Shown here: one piece after another, positions 1 through 10,557 of the stretch | Numbering within the stretch: position 1 is the stretch's first letter | How the letters are laid out: each line of letters starts with the position of its first letter | Source: Nannocystales bacterium | Lineage (GTDB): Bacteria > Myxococcota_A > Polyangia > Nannocystales > Nannocystaceae | Reading direction: 5' to 3' | DNA: 64,000 bases | Assembly (NCBI GenBank): GCA_050633305.1 | Contig: JBOEGF010000008.1 | Location: 488,249 to 552,248 of the forward strand | Translations under genes and position numbers: made by a program | The notes under the pieces: generated by a model | Told to the model about the DNA's origin: nothing | The model's input: only the letters and a program-made list of their open reading frames with translations | The model's database searches: none

Positions 1-1608
1 GCGGTGCGCGTCGTGGAGCTGGTTGACCATCTCGCTGATCGACTCGATGGCGCGCGTGATCTGGCGGCTGCCGCGGGTCTGTTCCTGCGTCGAGCGCTCG
101 ACATGCCGAGTGATCGCCTTCATCTTCTCCGCCGAGCGCATGATCTGCTCGGCGCCGCGGGCTTGTTCCGCCGTGGCGGTCGCAACCTGCTGCACGGTTG
201 TTGCGACGACGTTGATCGCGTCGGTGACCTGCTTGGAGCCTTTGGTCTGCTCGACGGTTGCGCGGGCGATCTCCCGGACCATCTGCGTGGCGCGGCGTGC
301 CGCATCGGAGATGCGCTTGAGAGCGTCCTCCGCTTGGTGACTGACGCGGACACCATCGTCGACGCTCTTGGAGGAGCGCTGCACCACGATCACCGCGTTG
401 CGGCTCTCCCTTTGGACCGACTTGATGATCTCAGCGATCTCTTTCGTCGACGTCGCGGAACGCTCGGCGAGGTCCTTGATCTCGTCGGCGACAACCGCAA
501 AGCCCTTGCCGTGTTCGCCGGCCTGCGCCGCGATAATGGCTGCGTTGAGTGCCAGCAAGTTGGTCTGCTCCGACACATCGTCGATGACGCTGAGGATCTT
601 GCCGATCTCCTCGATGCGTCCACCCAAGCTCGAGATCACGCTGACGGCGTCGGCCGACGACAGCTTGATCATGTTGATCACCTCGATGGTCTGGTTGATC
701 GCATCGACGCCGCCCTCGGCTGCCCAGACAACTTCCTCGGAAAGCTGGGCGGTCTCGTTGGCGTTGTTCTCGACCTGCTGAATCGAGATGTCCATCTCGT
801 TCATCGCCGAGGAGGTTTCTTCGGCGGTGCTGGAGAGCGCTTCGATGTTCTTGGCGACCTCTTTGACCGAGAAGGTCATCTCCTCGATCGAGGTGGCGGT
901 TTGCTGCACCGACGCCGCGAGGTTGAACATCGACTCGGCGACCTCGTCGTTGGCCGCCGCCATCTCGAGGATGGAGCTGGAACTCTCCTCGGCGTTGGAG
1001 GCGAGCAACTCGACGCTCTCCGAGATCCCTTTGAGGCCCTGATCGATGTTGTCCATCGCCGAACGGGTCTCGTCCAGGTTGCCCATCGCGTCGCCGAGCT
1101 GTCGCTCCAGCCCGTCGATCGCTTCGGGGGCGATGCCGGTTGCGACCACGGGAGCCGGAGCTTCAATCTCGCCACCCGCAGGCGGGACATCGGCGGCCTG
1201 GCTGAGGGCGGCAGTCTTGGCCTTGAGAGCTTCAGCGCTGCGTTGCGCCTCGGCCTTCGCAGCCGCGGCCGACGCTTCGTGTTCTCGGGCGGACTTCTTT
1301 GCCGCTTCGAGTTCGTTGCGCAGACGCTCGAGTTCGGCGGAATCACCGGCGGGCTGAGCCTGCAGCGCCTTGAGTTCGGCGTCGCTTTCGCGAAGCTGCT
1401 TCTGACCTTGAGAGACAGCGCCGAGCGCCGCCTGAAGTTCCCCCGCGATCATCCACGACGCCCCGGCCGCGACGAGCGAGGCCACCCCGGCCGCAGTCGC
1501 CGCAAGGCCGCCCGCCTCCGTGACGAGGTAGAAGGACAGCGCGGCCGCAACGAGAGCCGCTGCCGGCGGCAGGAGTGGAGGGATCCGGGGAGTGGGGTTC
1601 TCTGCCAC
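1..1608 (-). CDS. Methyl-accepting chemotaxis protein (3' end runs off the window)
   Basis: Absent from the ORF track because there is no stop codon in the window. Manual minus-strand translation from GTG at 1608 gives [11 protein letters not shown]..., two short hydrophobic segments, and the MCP hairpin-tip signature [43 protein letters not shown] (about nt 457-585). Confidence 0.93.
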   Translation of the reverse strand, partial: MAENPTPRIPPLLPPAAALVAAALSFYLVTEAGGLAATAAGVASLVAAGASWMIAGELQAALGAVSQGQKQLRESDAELKALQAQPAGDSAELERLRNELEAAKKSAREHEASAAAAKAEAQRSAEALKAKTAALSQAADVPPAGGEIEAPAPVVATGIAPEAIDGLERQLGDAMGNLDETRSAMDNIDQGLKGISESVELLASNAEESSSSILEMAAANDEVAESMFNLAASVQQTATSIEEMTFSVKEVAKNIEALSSTAEETSSAMNEMDISIQQVENNANETAQLSEEVVWAAEGGVDAINQTIEVINMIKLSSADAVSVISSLGGRIEEIGKILSVIDDVSEQTNLLALNAAIIAAQAGEHGKGFAVVADEIKDLAERSATSTKEIAEIIKSVQRESRNAVIVVQRSSKSVDDGVRVSHQAEDALKRISDAARRATQMVREIARATVEQTKGSKQVTDAINVVATTVQQVATATAEQARGAEQIMRSAEKMKAITRHVERSTQEQTRGSRQITRAIESISEMVNQLHDAHR

Positions 1609-1849
1609 GTGAGCCCGCAGTGTAGCGATCGCGGTCGCTTGGATCCAAGGGACTCGCGCGGACGGCAGTCGCCGGACCCGGACCCCCATCCCCGCCGGCC
1701 CCCCAGCGGTGTGACCCCGGGGCCGGAACGCCGGACTCCCACGACGCTGTGCGGGTGTTCACGACACCCGATTCGGGAGCCGAGCCCCCCGAGAAAGACG
1801 AACCGCAAGAACGCGGGCGTCAGGGGACGTGTAGTGGCGGTTCGCCTCT

Positions 1850-2809
1850 TTAGAGGAGCGAGAGCTGGGTCGCTTCGCCGTGGACCACGACGTCGGCACC
1901 CAGGGTCCGCAGCCAGGAAGCGCCCGAGGACGTCCAACCCGGGTCTCCCGTGAGAAACACCGCTGGCTTGCCGCAGGCCTGCCAAAACGCATGAAGAGCC
2001 GCTCGATCCATGCGTCCCGGGCAGCACAGATCGACCGTCTCGATCTGCTCCCCGCCCCGCCGCTTCATCCAGGCCTTGAGATCTGTCTGTACGACTTCGG
2101 GCGCATCGACCAGGGCGACGGCCACGACTTCGTGGCGCCGGAGCCCCGCGCCATCCAACGCATCGTGCGGCCACAGCAAGACCGCGGCTTCAGGATCGAG
2201 CGCCTCGATGTGCGGACTGAAGCGGGGGTGGGCCGCGATGCGGACCGTTCCCATGCATGCCTGAGCGACCTGCAGAGCACCCACCGCGGTGTCAACCAGC
2301 AGCAAGACCTCCCCGCCGAGCTGGGTCAGCAGCTGAACACCTCGTGCGCTGAACTTCTTCGGCGCCGGCTCGACTGCCCACTCCGGGCTCGCCCGAAGCA
2401 GCAACCAGTCGCAGGTGGCTGGAGTCGCACCGGGTCCGAGCGCCCACGTATAGAGGCAGGACGTCCCGCCCTTGCGGGGCTCCATCAACAGCGACGAGCC
2501 TCCCAGCGGCAACCCGGAGGCCAGCGTCTGCAGCCGAAGCCGTCCCACGCCAAACTCTCGGCCATGGTCGACCAAGATCGCTCGGGCGAGCGAGGTCCGC
2601 TGGGCCGGCGAGAGGTTCGCGAGCGCGAGGCCATAGAGGAGATCGCGATGCCCCATCCAAGGCCCGGGGGCCAACCGCTCCTGCGCCCCGAGGTGGGAGA
2701 GGAAACACGTCCGGCCGGACTGGGTGTCATCGATGCTCAGGCGCGCGCGCGCGAGCATGTGCTGCACCGCTTCGGCTTCCGCAGTCAGGTCCCGCGCCAC
2801 TGTGATCAC
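1850..2809 (-). CDS. Degenerate metallo-beta-lactamase/beta-CASP-fold protein with C-terminal QLSLL
   Basis: Segments CFLSHLGA, LQTLASGLPLGGSSLLME, CLYTWAL and CDWLLLRA follow the order of MBL motifs (SHxHxDH, AGHxxGS, YTGD, CDxLxxE), but most metal ligands are missing. Its start overlaps the tadA stop (ATGA). Confidence 0.6.
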   Translation of the reverse strand: MITVARDLTAEAEAVQHMLARARLSIDDTQSGRTCFLSHLGAQERLAPGPWMGHRDLLYGLALANLSPAQRTSLARAILVDHGREFGVGRLRLQTLASGLPLGGSSLLMEPRKGGTSCLYTWALGPGATPATCDWLLLRASPEWAVEPAPKKFSARGVQLLTQLGGEVLLLVDTAVGALQVAQACMGTVRIAAHPRFSPHIEALDPEAAVLLWPHDALDGAGLRRHEVVAVALVDAPEVVQTDLKAWMKRRGGEQIETVDLCCPGRMDRAALHAFWQACGKPAVFLTGDPGWTSSGASWLRTLGADVVVHGEATQLSLL

Positions 2810-3294
2810 TTTATCGCGCGGGCCTTGTGCTTGGCGCGCGCTGCTCGAAAAAAGCTACGCAGCTGGTCTGCACACCGCTCCGCGAACACCCCCGAGGTGA
2901 TGTCCATGCGGTGGTTGAGGCGCGGGTCGTCGCAAAGCTCATACAGCGACCGAACCGCCCCCGCCTTGGGATCGCTCGCACCGTAGACGAGTCTCGCGAC
3001 GCGAGCATTGACCAGCGTCCCCGCGCACATCGGACACGGCTCGAGCGTGACGTAGAGCGTCGCCCCATCGACCCGCCAACGCTTCATCGTTCGGCACGCC
3101 TCGCGAAGCGCGATGATCTCCGCGTGACCCGTAGGGTCCGCATCCACCTCGCGACGGTTGCCCCCCCGGCCGATGATCACCCCGTCGAGGACAACCACGG
3201 CACCGACGGGGACGTCACCTGCAGCGGCCGCCGCCTCGGCGATTCGCAGCGCCTCCTCCATGTAGCGCTCGTCTTCGTCGTCCACGGGCGCCAC
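2806..3294 (-). CDS. tadA: tRNA adenosine(34) deaminase
   Basis: Motifs DVPVGAVVV, DPTGHAE, TLYVTLEPCPMCAG, YGASDPKAGA and RLNH. The start is probably GTG 3294 or 3285, not the ORF-track start. Confidence 0.93.
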   Translation of the reverse strand: MAPVDDEDERYMEEALRIAEAAAAAGDVPVGAVVVLDGVIIGRGGNRREVDADPTGHAEIIALREACRTMKRWRVDGATLYVTLEPCPMCAGTLVNARVARLVYGASDPKAGAVRSLYELCDDPRLNHRMDITSGVFAERCADQLRSFFRAARAKHKARAIK

Positions 3295-3334
3295 CCTGCC
3301 AGTCCACCTCGGACGCGTCGAGTGGCGGAGGGGG

Positions 3335-3778
3335 TCAGCCTCTTCGCCAACGACGAAGGATGTCCGCGACGTACACGGCACATCCAGCAGCGAACCCCAG
3401 AAAGATGAGCGTCCCCTCGGGTCCGGAGGTGGGCAGCATTAGAGCCAAGGCACTGAGCACGACAAACCCGACGCCAACCCCCGCCACCAAGACTCCGGCG
3501 ACGACACCGTATATCGGCGAGAACTGCACGTAGCCGTACTCGGGCGAAACCGGCGCAGCCTCCTGCCGAACCGGCGTGGAACACGGGTACAGAGGATCAA
3601 CGAACACATGCGAAGGCACTCGGCTCTCGGACTGGCGCGCACGCCAAGCCACCGGCTCAGTCTCCAGCGCCGCGTCGGAAACCTCGCACTCGTACCTCGG
3701 CCACTCGATGGCGGTCTCGGCGAGCGCACGCTCTCGAGCCGAACCGTAGCGCGGCGCAGAGAGCGGACCCTCGCTCAC
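3335..3778 (-). CDS. Hypothetical membrane protein (two C-terminal TM helices)
   Basis: The ORF fills the gap between the acyl-CoA dehydrogenase and tadA on the same strand. Hydrophobic stretches IYGVVAGVLVAGVGVGFVVLSALALML and TLIFLGFAAGCAVYVA. Start uncertain. Confidence 0.55.
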   Translation of the reverse strand: MSEGPLSAPRYGSARERALAETAIEWPRYECEVSDAALETEPVAWRARQSESRVPSHVFVDPLYPCSTPVRQEAAPVSPEYGYVQFSPIYGVVAGVLVAGVGVGFVVLSALALMLPTSGPEGTLIFLGFAAGCAVYVADILRRWRRG

Positions 3779-3907
3779 TCCCCGATACGGACTCTGCAGG
3801 CCTGACACCCTTGAGTTTCGACACCGCGCCGCCGCGGATTGTTCCCCAGGACACAACAAAGCCCCCGTGCCGCATCAAGCGGCCGGAGGCTTCACAGACC
3901 GAAGTCC

Positions 3908-5722
3908 CTACTCGGCTGCGAACAGGTACTCGTCCATGCAGCTGCGGTCGCCGCTCTGCACCGTCTTCGCGAACGCGGTCGCGGCTGGGAGCAGGTGTGC
4001 GACGTAGAAGTCGAGGTTGGCCAGCTTGCCCTTGAGCAGGTTGGTCTCCTTGCCGCCGTCGATCATCCGCTTGGCGACTCGAGCCTGGTCGAGCGCTTCC
4101 ATGCCCAACAGGACGGTGCCGAAGGCCCGCAGGAACGGAACGGCGTGCACGAAGGCGCCGTCGATGTCGCCGCCGCCGGCGACCTTGCCCAAGTGCATGG
4201 CGCATGCGCCGAGCTGGCCGATCGCCTTGCCCAGCGAAGCCGTCTGCTCGGTGAAGCCTTCTTCGGCGCCCGCTTTGAGCTCGCCCTGGGCTTCGCCCAT
4301 CCACTCCATGAACAAGGCGCCGTTCTTCACGCGCATCTTGCGACCGAGAAGGTCGAGCGCCTGAATGCCGTTGGTCCCCTCGTAGACGGCCTGAATCTTG
4401 GCGTCACGCACGAGCTGCTCGACGGGGTACTCCTGGGTGTAGCCGTAGCCGCCGTAGACCTGAACCGCGGTCGAAGCCATCTCCATGGAGAGGTCGGTGA
4501 GGTGGGCCTTGAGGATCGGGATGAGCAGGTCGGCCCGCCCCTCGAGCTTGTCGCGAAGCTTCTCGTCCTCGGTCGTCTTGATCTGGTCGTCGAAGAACGC
4601 CATGCGCATGCAGGACGAACGCGAGGTCTCGGAGATGACTTTGAGCGTCATCAGCATTCGACGAACGTCGGGGTGCTTGACGATCGGGACCCGTCCATCT
4701 TCGCTGTCGCGCTGGCCGAGCTTGGTGCCCTGCACCCGCTCGCGCGCGTACTGAAGCGCGAAGGCGTATGACGCTGCCGAGGTGGCGCTGCCCTGCGCGG
4801 CGACGCCGATGCGCGCCTCGTTCATCATCTTGAACATGTGGGAGATGCCCTCCCGCTCTTTGCCGATGAGCCAACCGCGACACGGCCGATCGGACCCGAA
4901 GGCGACGGTGCACGTGGCGGATCCGTTGATCCCCATCTTGTGCTCCAAGCCGACGACCTTCGCGCCGTTGCGCTCGCCCAGCTCGCCCGACTCGAAGTCG
5001 AACATGAACTTGGGGACGACGAACAGGCTGAGCCCCTTGGTGCCCTGCGGCGACCCGGGGGTCCGCGCGAGCACCAGGTGCACGATGTTGGAGGCGAGGT
5101 CATGGTCGCCGCCGCTGATGAAGATCTTCTCCCCCTCGATGAGGAAGACGCCTTCCTCCCCCTCAGCGGGGACAGCCTTGGCGCGGTTGTCTCCCACGGA
5201 GCTGCCGGCACCGGACTCGGTCAGGCACATGGTCCCGCCCCACTCACCCGTGAACAGCTTGGTGGCGACGATCTCGCTGTACTTGTCGTCCCCAAACGCT
5301 GCGACGACGCGTGCAGCGGCAGCCGAGAGGCCCGGGTACATCATGAATGCGGTGGCAGCGGAGACGAAGAACTCCAGGGTTCCCATCTCGACGGCCTTGG
5401 GCAAGCCGACGCCGCCCAGGTCGGGGTGGGCCGACGGAGCGACCCACCCGCCCTCGGCCAAGGTGTTCCAAGCGTGCTGGAATCCCTTGGGGGTCGTGAC
5501 GTTGCCCTCGTCGTCAAGCGTGCAGCCCTGACGGTCTCCGACCGCGTTGATCGGGCTGAGCACCTCTTCTGCCACCTTCTTCGCCTCGGCGAACGTCTGC
5601 TTGTACGTGTCGACGTCGATATCGGCGTATTGTGGGGTGGCGCCCAGCTTGTCTGCGACCTGTAGCTGGTCGAAGAACACGAACTCCATGTCGTCGATAT
5701 CAACTTTGAACGGCGTACTCAT
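3908..5722 (-). CDS. Acyl-CoA dehydrogenase (long ~600-aa type)
   Basis: Motifs GTMCLTESGAGS, GEKIFISGGDHD, EHKMGINGSATC, MMNEARIGV, QVYGGYGY and YEGTNGIQALDL. Start taken as ATG 5722 (MSTPFKV). Confidence 0.95.
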   Translation of the reverse strand: MSTPFKVDIDDMEFVFFDQLQVADKLGATPQYADIDVDTYKQTFAEAKKVAEEVLSPINAVGDRQGCTLDDEGNVTTPKGFQHAWNTLAEGGWVAPSAHPDLGGVGLPKAVEMGTLEFFVSAATAFMMYPGLSAAAARVVAAFGDDKYSEIVATKLFTGEWGGTMCLTESGAGSSVGDNRAKAVPAEGEEGVFLIEGEKIFISGGDHDLASNIVHLVLARTPGSPQGTKGLSLFVVPKFMFDFESGELGERNGAKVVGLEHKMGINGSATCTVAFGSDRPCRGWLIGKEREGISHMFKMMNEARIGVAAQGSATSAASYAFALQYARERVQGTKLGQRDSEDGRVPIVKHPDVRRMLMTLKVISETSRSSCMRMAFFDDQIKTTEDEKLRDKLEGRADLLIPILKAHLTDLSMEMASTAVQVYGGYGYTQEYPVEQLVRDAKIQAVYEGTNGIQALDLLGRKMRVKNGALFMEWMGEAQGELKAGAEEGFTEQTASLGKAIGQLGACAMHLGKVAGGGDIDGAFVHAVPFLRAFGTVLLGMEALDQARVAKRMIDGGKETNLLKGKLANLDFYVAHLLPAATAFAKTVQSGDRSCMDEYLFAAE

Positions 5723-5781
5723 GACTCTTCGCCAGTCTATAAGGCTTTCGAACAAGGGCCACAACACCCTCTGAGCCTCCC

Positions 5782-7131
5782 GTGCAGCATTGGAACGCAG
5801 GCATCGTCGTCAATCTGCTGGTCGTGGCCGTTCTGCTGGCTCTGGCGGCGGGACTGCGAAATCGCATTGCCCCCCTGCGCCGGCTGGGCATTCCGGACTG
5901 CATCATCGCAGGGACGATCGGGCTGGCCTTCGGGCCCTCCGCGCTGGACATCGTCCCACTTTCGATTCCGGACCTCGAACTGCTCGTCTACCACGGGTTT
6001 GCGCTGGTCTTCATCGCGGTCGGACTCCAAAGAACCGCGGAAGGAACGCGACCCGGCGGAGCGCGGTCGGTCGCGGTCGCGATCCCGACCGTGTCGGTCA
6101 TTCAGGTCACGATCGGCCTGCTGGTTGTGGGGGCCTGGGAGCTGTGGGGAGGAATCCATCCAGGCTTCTCGCTTCTGCCGATGCTGGGGTTCTCGCAGGG
6201 GCCGGGCCAGGCGCTTTCCTTGGGCGGCGCTTGGGAGGCACAGGGATTCGTCGACGGTGCTCAACTGGGCCTGACCTTTGCTGCCGCAGGGTTTGCGACG
6301 TGCATTCTGCTGGGTGTGCCCACGGTCGCCTGGGCCCGGCGAGCAGGCTGGGTCTCGAGCCAGCGCGCCACCGCACCGCCCGAAGTCCCCATCACCGCGC
6401 AAACCCAACAGGGTGCGATGGAGCCGCTGAGCGGTTCGCTCGTGGCGATCGGGGTCATCTACGCAGCGGTCTTCTGCTTCATCTCAGCGCTTGTCCTCGT
6501 ACTCCCCGAGAGCCTGGTTCCCACCGCCTGGGGATTCCACTTCATCATCGGAGCCTTGTTCGCGCTGGCGGTCCGCCGAGGCGCGCGTGCCATTGGGCGC
6601 GAATCATGGTTTCACGATCGCTTGCTCGGACGCGTCGCGGTGGTCGCGGTCGACTTCACGACAACCGCCGCGTTGTGTGCCGTGCAACTCGCGGTGCTCG
6701 GCCGCTGGCTCGCGCCCGTGCTGGCGCTCTCCCTCATCATCGGCGCCCTCACCCTGGTCTTCTGCCTATGGATTGCGCGGCGGGTCTTCCCACAAGAACC
6801 CTTCGAGCACGCCATCATGATGTTCGGGATGGCCACGGGAACTCTGCCCACGGGGCTCGCACTGCTGCGCTCGGTCGACCCCGACCTCAGCGGTTCGGTC
6901 GCGCGCAACGCCACGCTGGGCGTCTCGGGCTCGGTCCCCTTCATGGCGCCGCTGTTGGTGGGGGTCGTTCCCTTCGCGGTCAGCTTGTGGCCGCAGGGCA
7001 TCGGCGCGTCCATCGGCATTCCGCTGGCACTCATGCTCGCCTACGCCGCCGCCCTGGGCATCGCGTGGCGCTCCATGACCCCGGCCCGCCGGTTGCGTCC
7101 CTGGACATCGCTTTGGCCGCCAGACCCCTGA
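5782..7131 (+). CDS. Sodium/glutamate symporter family (GltS-like)
   Basis: Polytopic membrane protein with LRRLGIPxxIIAG, GFSQGPGQA and FGMATGTLPTGLALLRSVDP. Confidence 0.8.
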   Translation: MQHWNAGIVVNLLVVAVLLALAAGLRNRIAPLRRLGIPDCIIAGTIGLAFGPSALDIVPLSIPDLELLVYHGFALVFIAVGLQRTAEGTRPGGARSVAVAIPTVSVIQVTIGLLVVGAWELWGGIHPGFSLLPMLGFSQGPGQALSLGGAWEAQGFVDGAQLGLTFAAAGFATCILLGVPTVAWARRAGWVSSQRATAPPEVPITAQTQQGAMEPLSGSLVAIGVIYAAVFCFISALVLVLPESLVPTAWGFHFIIGALFALAVRRGARAIGRESWFHDRLLGRVAVVAVDFTTTAALCAVQLAVLGRWLAPVLALSLIIGALTLVFCLWIARRVFPQEPFEHAIMMFGMATGTLPTGLALLRSVDPDLSGSVARNATLGVSGSVPFMAPLLVGVVPFAVSLWPQGIGASIGIPLALMLAYAAALGIAWRSMTPARRLRPWTSLWPPDP

Positions 7132-7141
7132 TAGGCTGATC

Positions 7142-8179
7142 GTGGTGCCGGGCCGGAGTCTCACTCGACGTTCCGTCGCGGTCGCATTCGCCATCTGTAC
7201 AGCGGGCTGTGGCCCCGAGATTCCGTTCACGTGGCAGGTCGTCGATGTCCTCGACCTCGGGATGAACGTGGAAGTCACGGAGTTGGGTCCGCTGGGCAAT
7301 CCGCCGGAATCTCGAGACCGAGCCTTTCAGGAAGCGATGCCGCTGGACCGCATTCGGGCCTCGGTGATGGTCGCGGACACGGACGGGCCCGTCTCCGCAC
7401 AAGACCTCTCGTTCGCGTGGTTCGCCTGCTCCAGCACCGCCTGCGACTCGAGCCTAGACACCCCCGCGTGCCCCGAAGAAGGCGTGGAGCTCACGGACTG
7501 CGCGCTGGGGACGGCTCCGGAGATCACGTTTCAGTTCGCGGACCTCGACGACCCTGAAGAGAGCTTGCTGGCGCTGGCAACCGGGAGGCGCGCGATCGTC
7601 CGAGCGATCGGCGGACTGCGCGACGACCCTGGCCCGCAGGCCTGCCTGGAGCGGCTCGAAAGCGGCTCCGACCTGGGGCGGTGCCTGATCGTGGACGGGC
7701 TCGCACCGCAGGGCTCGCTCGGCGAGCTCTTCGACCTGTACGAGAGCCGCGGAGGGGTCCTTCCAGATGACCCGCTCCTGGATCTCCAACGGCAGTTCGT
7801 CCGCAACCGCACCCCGCTGGCCTCCCAGGTTTGGCTGCGCCGTGAGGGCGCCGAGTCTGGGACCCAGGTCTTCCCCGAGCAACCGATCTCCGCCCAGGTG
7901 GATGAGGTCCTCGAGTTCGAGTGGCGAGCGTCCGAGGCCGACCTCGAGGAGGTCACCGTGGTGATCGACTCGACCGGCACAACGGTCACGAGCTTCGACA
8001 CGTTCACAGACTCGTGGTGGACGACGCAACGCGCGACGGAGTTTGACGACACGGGTCTGAGCCCGAGCGTCCGCTGGGTCGTCGGGCCCCAAACCGGAAC
8101 GTTCACCCTCTATACGGTGATTCGTGACGACTCCGATGCGACCGACTGGGCAACGTTCACCGTCGAGGTCTCGGGGTGA
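7142..8179 (+). CDS. Hypothetical lipoprotein (probable TonB-receptor partner)
   Basis: Lipobox-like AFAICTAGC. Overlaps the start of the downstream TonB-dependent receptor gene (GTGA). Confidence 0.75.
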   Translation: MVPGRSLTRRSVAVAFAICTAGCGPEIPFTWQVVDVLDLGMNVEVTELGPLGNPPESRDRAFQEAMPLDRIRASVMVADTDGPVSAQDLSFAWFACSSTACDSSLDTPACPEEGVELTDCALGTAPEITFQFADLDDPEESLLALATGRRAIVRAIGGLRDDPGPQACLERLESGSDLGRCLIVDGLAPQGSLGELFDLYESRGGVLPDDPLLDLQRQFVRNRTPLASQVWLRREGAESGTQVFPEQPISAQVDEVLEFEWRASEADLEEVTVVIDSTGTTVTSFDTFTDSWWTTQRATEFDDTGLSPSVRWVVGPQTGTFTLYTVIRDDSDATDWATFTVEVSG

Positions 8180-10530
8180 TCGTCCTGCTGGGACTCGCCC
8201 TCGCCCTTGCGGCCCCCGCCGCCCCACCCTGTGACGTCGCCCCTTGCAGCTCGCTCACCGTGAGGCTCCGCCGGCGAGGCGACCGGGCACCGCTCGAACA
8301 AGCCACGGTCATCGCGATCCCTGCCCCGCCTCAAGCGAAACCAGGCGCCTTGGATCCGCCCCCCCCGCTTCCGCCCGACGGACCCGCGTGGCAGCGAACC
8401 GTGACCACGGATGACGACGGCGTTGCGACGCTGAAGGAGCTCCCCGACACCGGCGCTCGTTTGATCGTGATCGCGACCGGGTACGAACGCCTCGAATGGG
8501 TGGTGCTCCCCGGGGACAAGCCGCTGTCCGTGTTCGTCGACCCCCTCGACCAAGACACGTTTCGCACCGTCGTGAAGACCGACAGCGGGCCGACGCGCGC
8601 CCGTGGCCAGTCCCAGCTGCTCACCCGCGAAGAGATCAAGACGGTGCCCGGCGCCCAAGGGGACCCGCTGCGTGCGCTCCAGAACATGCCCGGAGTGGCG
8701 CGCAGCCCCTTCAACTTGGGGCTGCTGGTCCTTCGGGGCGCCTCGCCGTCCGCATCGCGCGTCTACATGGGCGGGCATGCTCTACCGCGGGCATTTCATG
8801 TGCTCTCGCTGTCGAGTGTCTTTCCAGCGGAGGTCCTCGACGACCTCCGGCTCGTCCCGGGCAACTTCGACGCGGCCTACGGCAACGCGACCGGCGGCAT
8901 CGTGGAGATCGACCCCCGCGCCGGCCGACGCGACGGCATACACGGGTTCTCCGAGCTGGATATCGGCGCGGCGACCACGATGCTCGAAGGGCCGGTGGGC
9001 AAGGGCTCGTTCATCGTCTCCGCGCAGCGTGGCTACTACGACCTCGCTCTGCGCACCGCGGACAGCATCACCGAGCGCGTCACGGGCGAGCCGGGCGGCA
9101 ACCTCTACCCGACCTACTACGACTATCAAGGCCTCCTGGACTACCCCATGCGGGGCGGTTCCTGGAGCGTGCGAGTGTTTGGCTCCGGCGACAGACTCCG
9201 CACGCCACCCCCGATCCCAGGCACCCCCGACACCGGCTTCGACCTCCGCAACGGCTTTCACCGGGTGGACTTCGCGGTCCGTCAGCGTGCCGCGGGATGG
9301 CGCCTGTGGTGGACGCCATCGGTCCGATACGAGAGCGGGTCGTTCCTCGTCCGCGAGAGCACATTCCGACAGCGACGCCGCGACGCGGTCGTCTCGATGC
9401 GCACCGAGCTCTCCCGCCGCTTCACGCCGCGCTTCTCTTGGTTGCTGGGCACCGACCTCGAAGTCGACACGTTCTCCGTCCGCCGCGAGATCCTCGAGCC
9501 CTCCCCGCTCGTGTCCGACCCCGAGTCTCCGCGTTCCCGGGGGGTTGTCTCGACGATCGGTGTGTACTCGACGGCCCCCCTCGACCTCGGCCCAGCGCAT
9601 CTCGTCCTCGGCGCGCGCGGTACCGCGTTCACGGTGGAGGACGACGCAGCGTTCTCCTTCGACCCCCGTCTGAACACCAGCTTCGATGTCGGTGAGCGCT
9701 GGGTGCTGCACGCAAGCGTCGGCAAGTACTCCCAGCTGCGAAGCGACGACAACGATGTCACTGTCGACATCGCCAACTCGATTCAGCCGGCGCTGTGGTA
9801 TCCGCCGGTGCTCTCCCGGTTTGACGAGACGGTCTCCTTCGACCCTGGCGCGCAACCGCTGAGCGTACGTCAGGCCCTACACGCCAGTGTGGGGGCCGAC
9901 TGGCAGATCACCGACGGGATCACGGCAGAGGCGACGGTCTTTGGGCGCGAGCAAGACAACGCCACACCGCTGTCTACCGAGGACAACGGCCACGTCCCGT
10001 ACGCGACCCGGGAGCACACCCTCGGCCTGCAGACGATGCTGCGCAAACATCTCGGCGGAAACCTCTACGGCTGGGTCACCTACACATTGATGTGGTCCCA
10101 GCTTCGGTTCGTTGAGCAAGCGCCCGGCCTCGACCTGCAGAACCGACCCACCGACTTCGACCAGCGCCACAACTTCGGGCTCGTGGCGAGCTATGTCTTG
10201 CCCAACGGATGGCGTCTCGGAGGTCGCTTTCGGGTCAGTTCTGGCTACCCATACTCCCCGGTGATCGGGTCGGTGAACAGCCTGCAGACCCGCTACCCGT
10301 TGTTGGGACCGCGAAACAGCGCCCGGCTGGGGGTCTTTCATCAGCTCGACTTGCGCGTCGACAAACGGTGGACCCTCGATCGCGCGACCGTCACCGGTTA
10401 CGTCGACGTTCAGAACGTCTACAACCGAGCCAACCCGGATTCGATCTTCTACCGCTACGACTACCGGGAACCGGCGAGTTTCGTCGGTTTGCCCATCTTC
10501 CCCGCAATCGGTGTGCGCGTGGACTACTGA
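8176..10530 (+). CDS. TonB-dependent receptor
   Basis: Signal peptide; plug region PGAQGDPLRALQNMPGV...PGNFDAAYGNATGGIV; barrel motifs FDQRH, FHQLDLRVDK and DVQNVYN; terminal aromatic residue (VDY). Confidence 0.92.
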   Translation: MIVLLGLALALAAPAAPPCDVAPCSSLTVRLRRRGDRAPLEQATVIAIPAPPQAKPGALDPPPPLPPDGPAWQRTVTTDDDGVATLKELPDTGARLIVIATGYERLEWVVLPGDKPLSVFVDPLDQDTFRTVVKTDSGPTRARGQSQLLTREEIKTVPGAQGDPLRALQNMPGVARSPFNLGLLVLRGASPSASRVYMGGHALPRAFHVLSLSSVFPAEVLDDLRLVPGNFDAAYGNATGGIVEIDPRAGRRDGIHGFSELDIGAATTMLEGPVGKGSFIVSAQRGYYDLALRTADSITERVTGEPGGNLYPTYYDYQGLLDYPMRGGSWSVRVFGSGDRLRTPPPIPGTPDTGFDLRNGFHRVDFAVRQRAAGWRLWWTPSVRYESGSFLVRESTFRQRRRDAVVSMRTELSRRFTPRFSWLLGTDLEVDTFSVRREILEPSPLVSDPESPRSRGVVSTIGVYSTAPLDLGPAHLVLGARGTAFTVEDDAAFSFDPRLNTSFDVGERWVLHASVGKYSQLRSDDNDVTVDIANSIQPALWYPPVLSRFDETVSFDPGAQPLSVRQALHASVGADWQITDGITAEATVFGREQDNATPLSTEDNGHVPYATREHTLGLQTMLRKHLGGNLYGWVTYTLMWSQLRFVEQAPGLDLQNRPTDFDQRHNFGLVASYVLPNGWRLGGRFRVSSGYPYSPVIGSVNSLQTRYPLLGPRNSARLGVFHQLDLRVDKRWTLDRATVTGYVDVQNVYNRANPDSIFYRYDYREPASFVGLPIFPAIGVRVDY

Positions 10531-10557
10531 GCTCGCGATGCTCCTATACTCCCGGCC

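Noticed and set aside
1609..1849. GC-rich intergenic hairpins (e.g. cgggtgt-tcacg-acacccg) as a possible ncRNA
   Set aside because: No SRP, 6S, tmRNA, RNase P or tRNA signature recognised, and short hairpins are common at this GC content.
4..1953. 649-aa plus-strand ORF
   Set aside because: Antisense shadow of the minus-strand MCP, with no motifs of its own.
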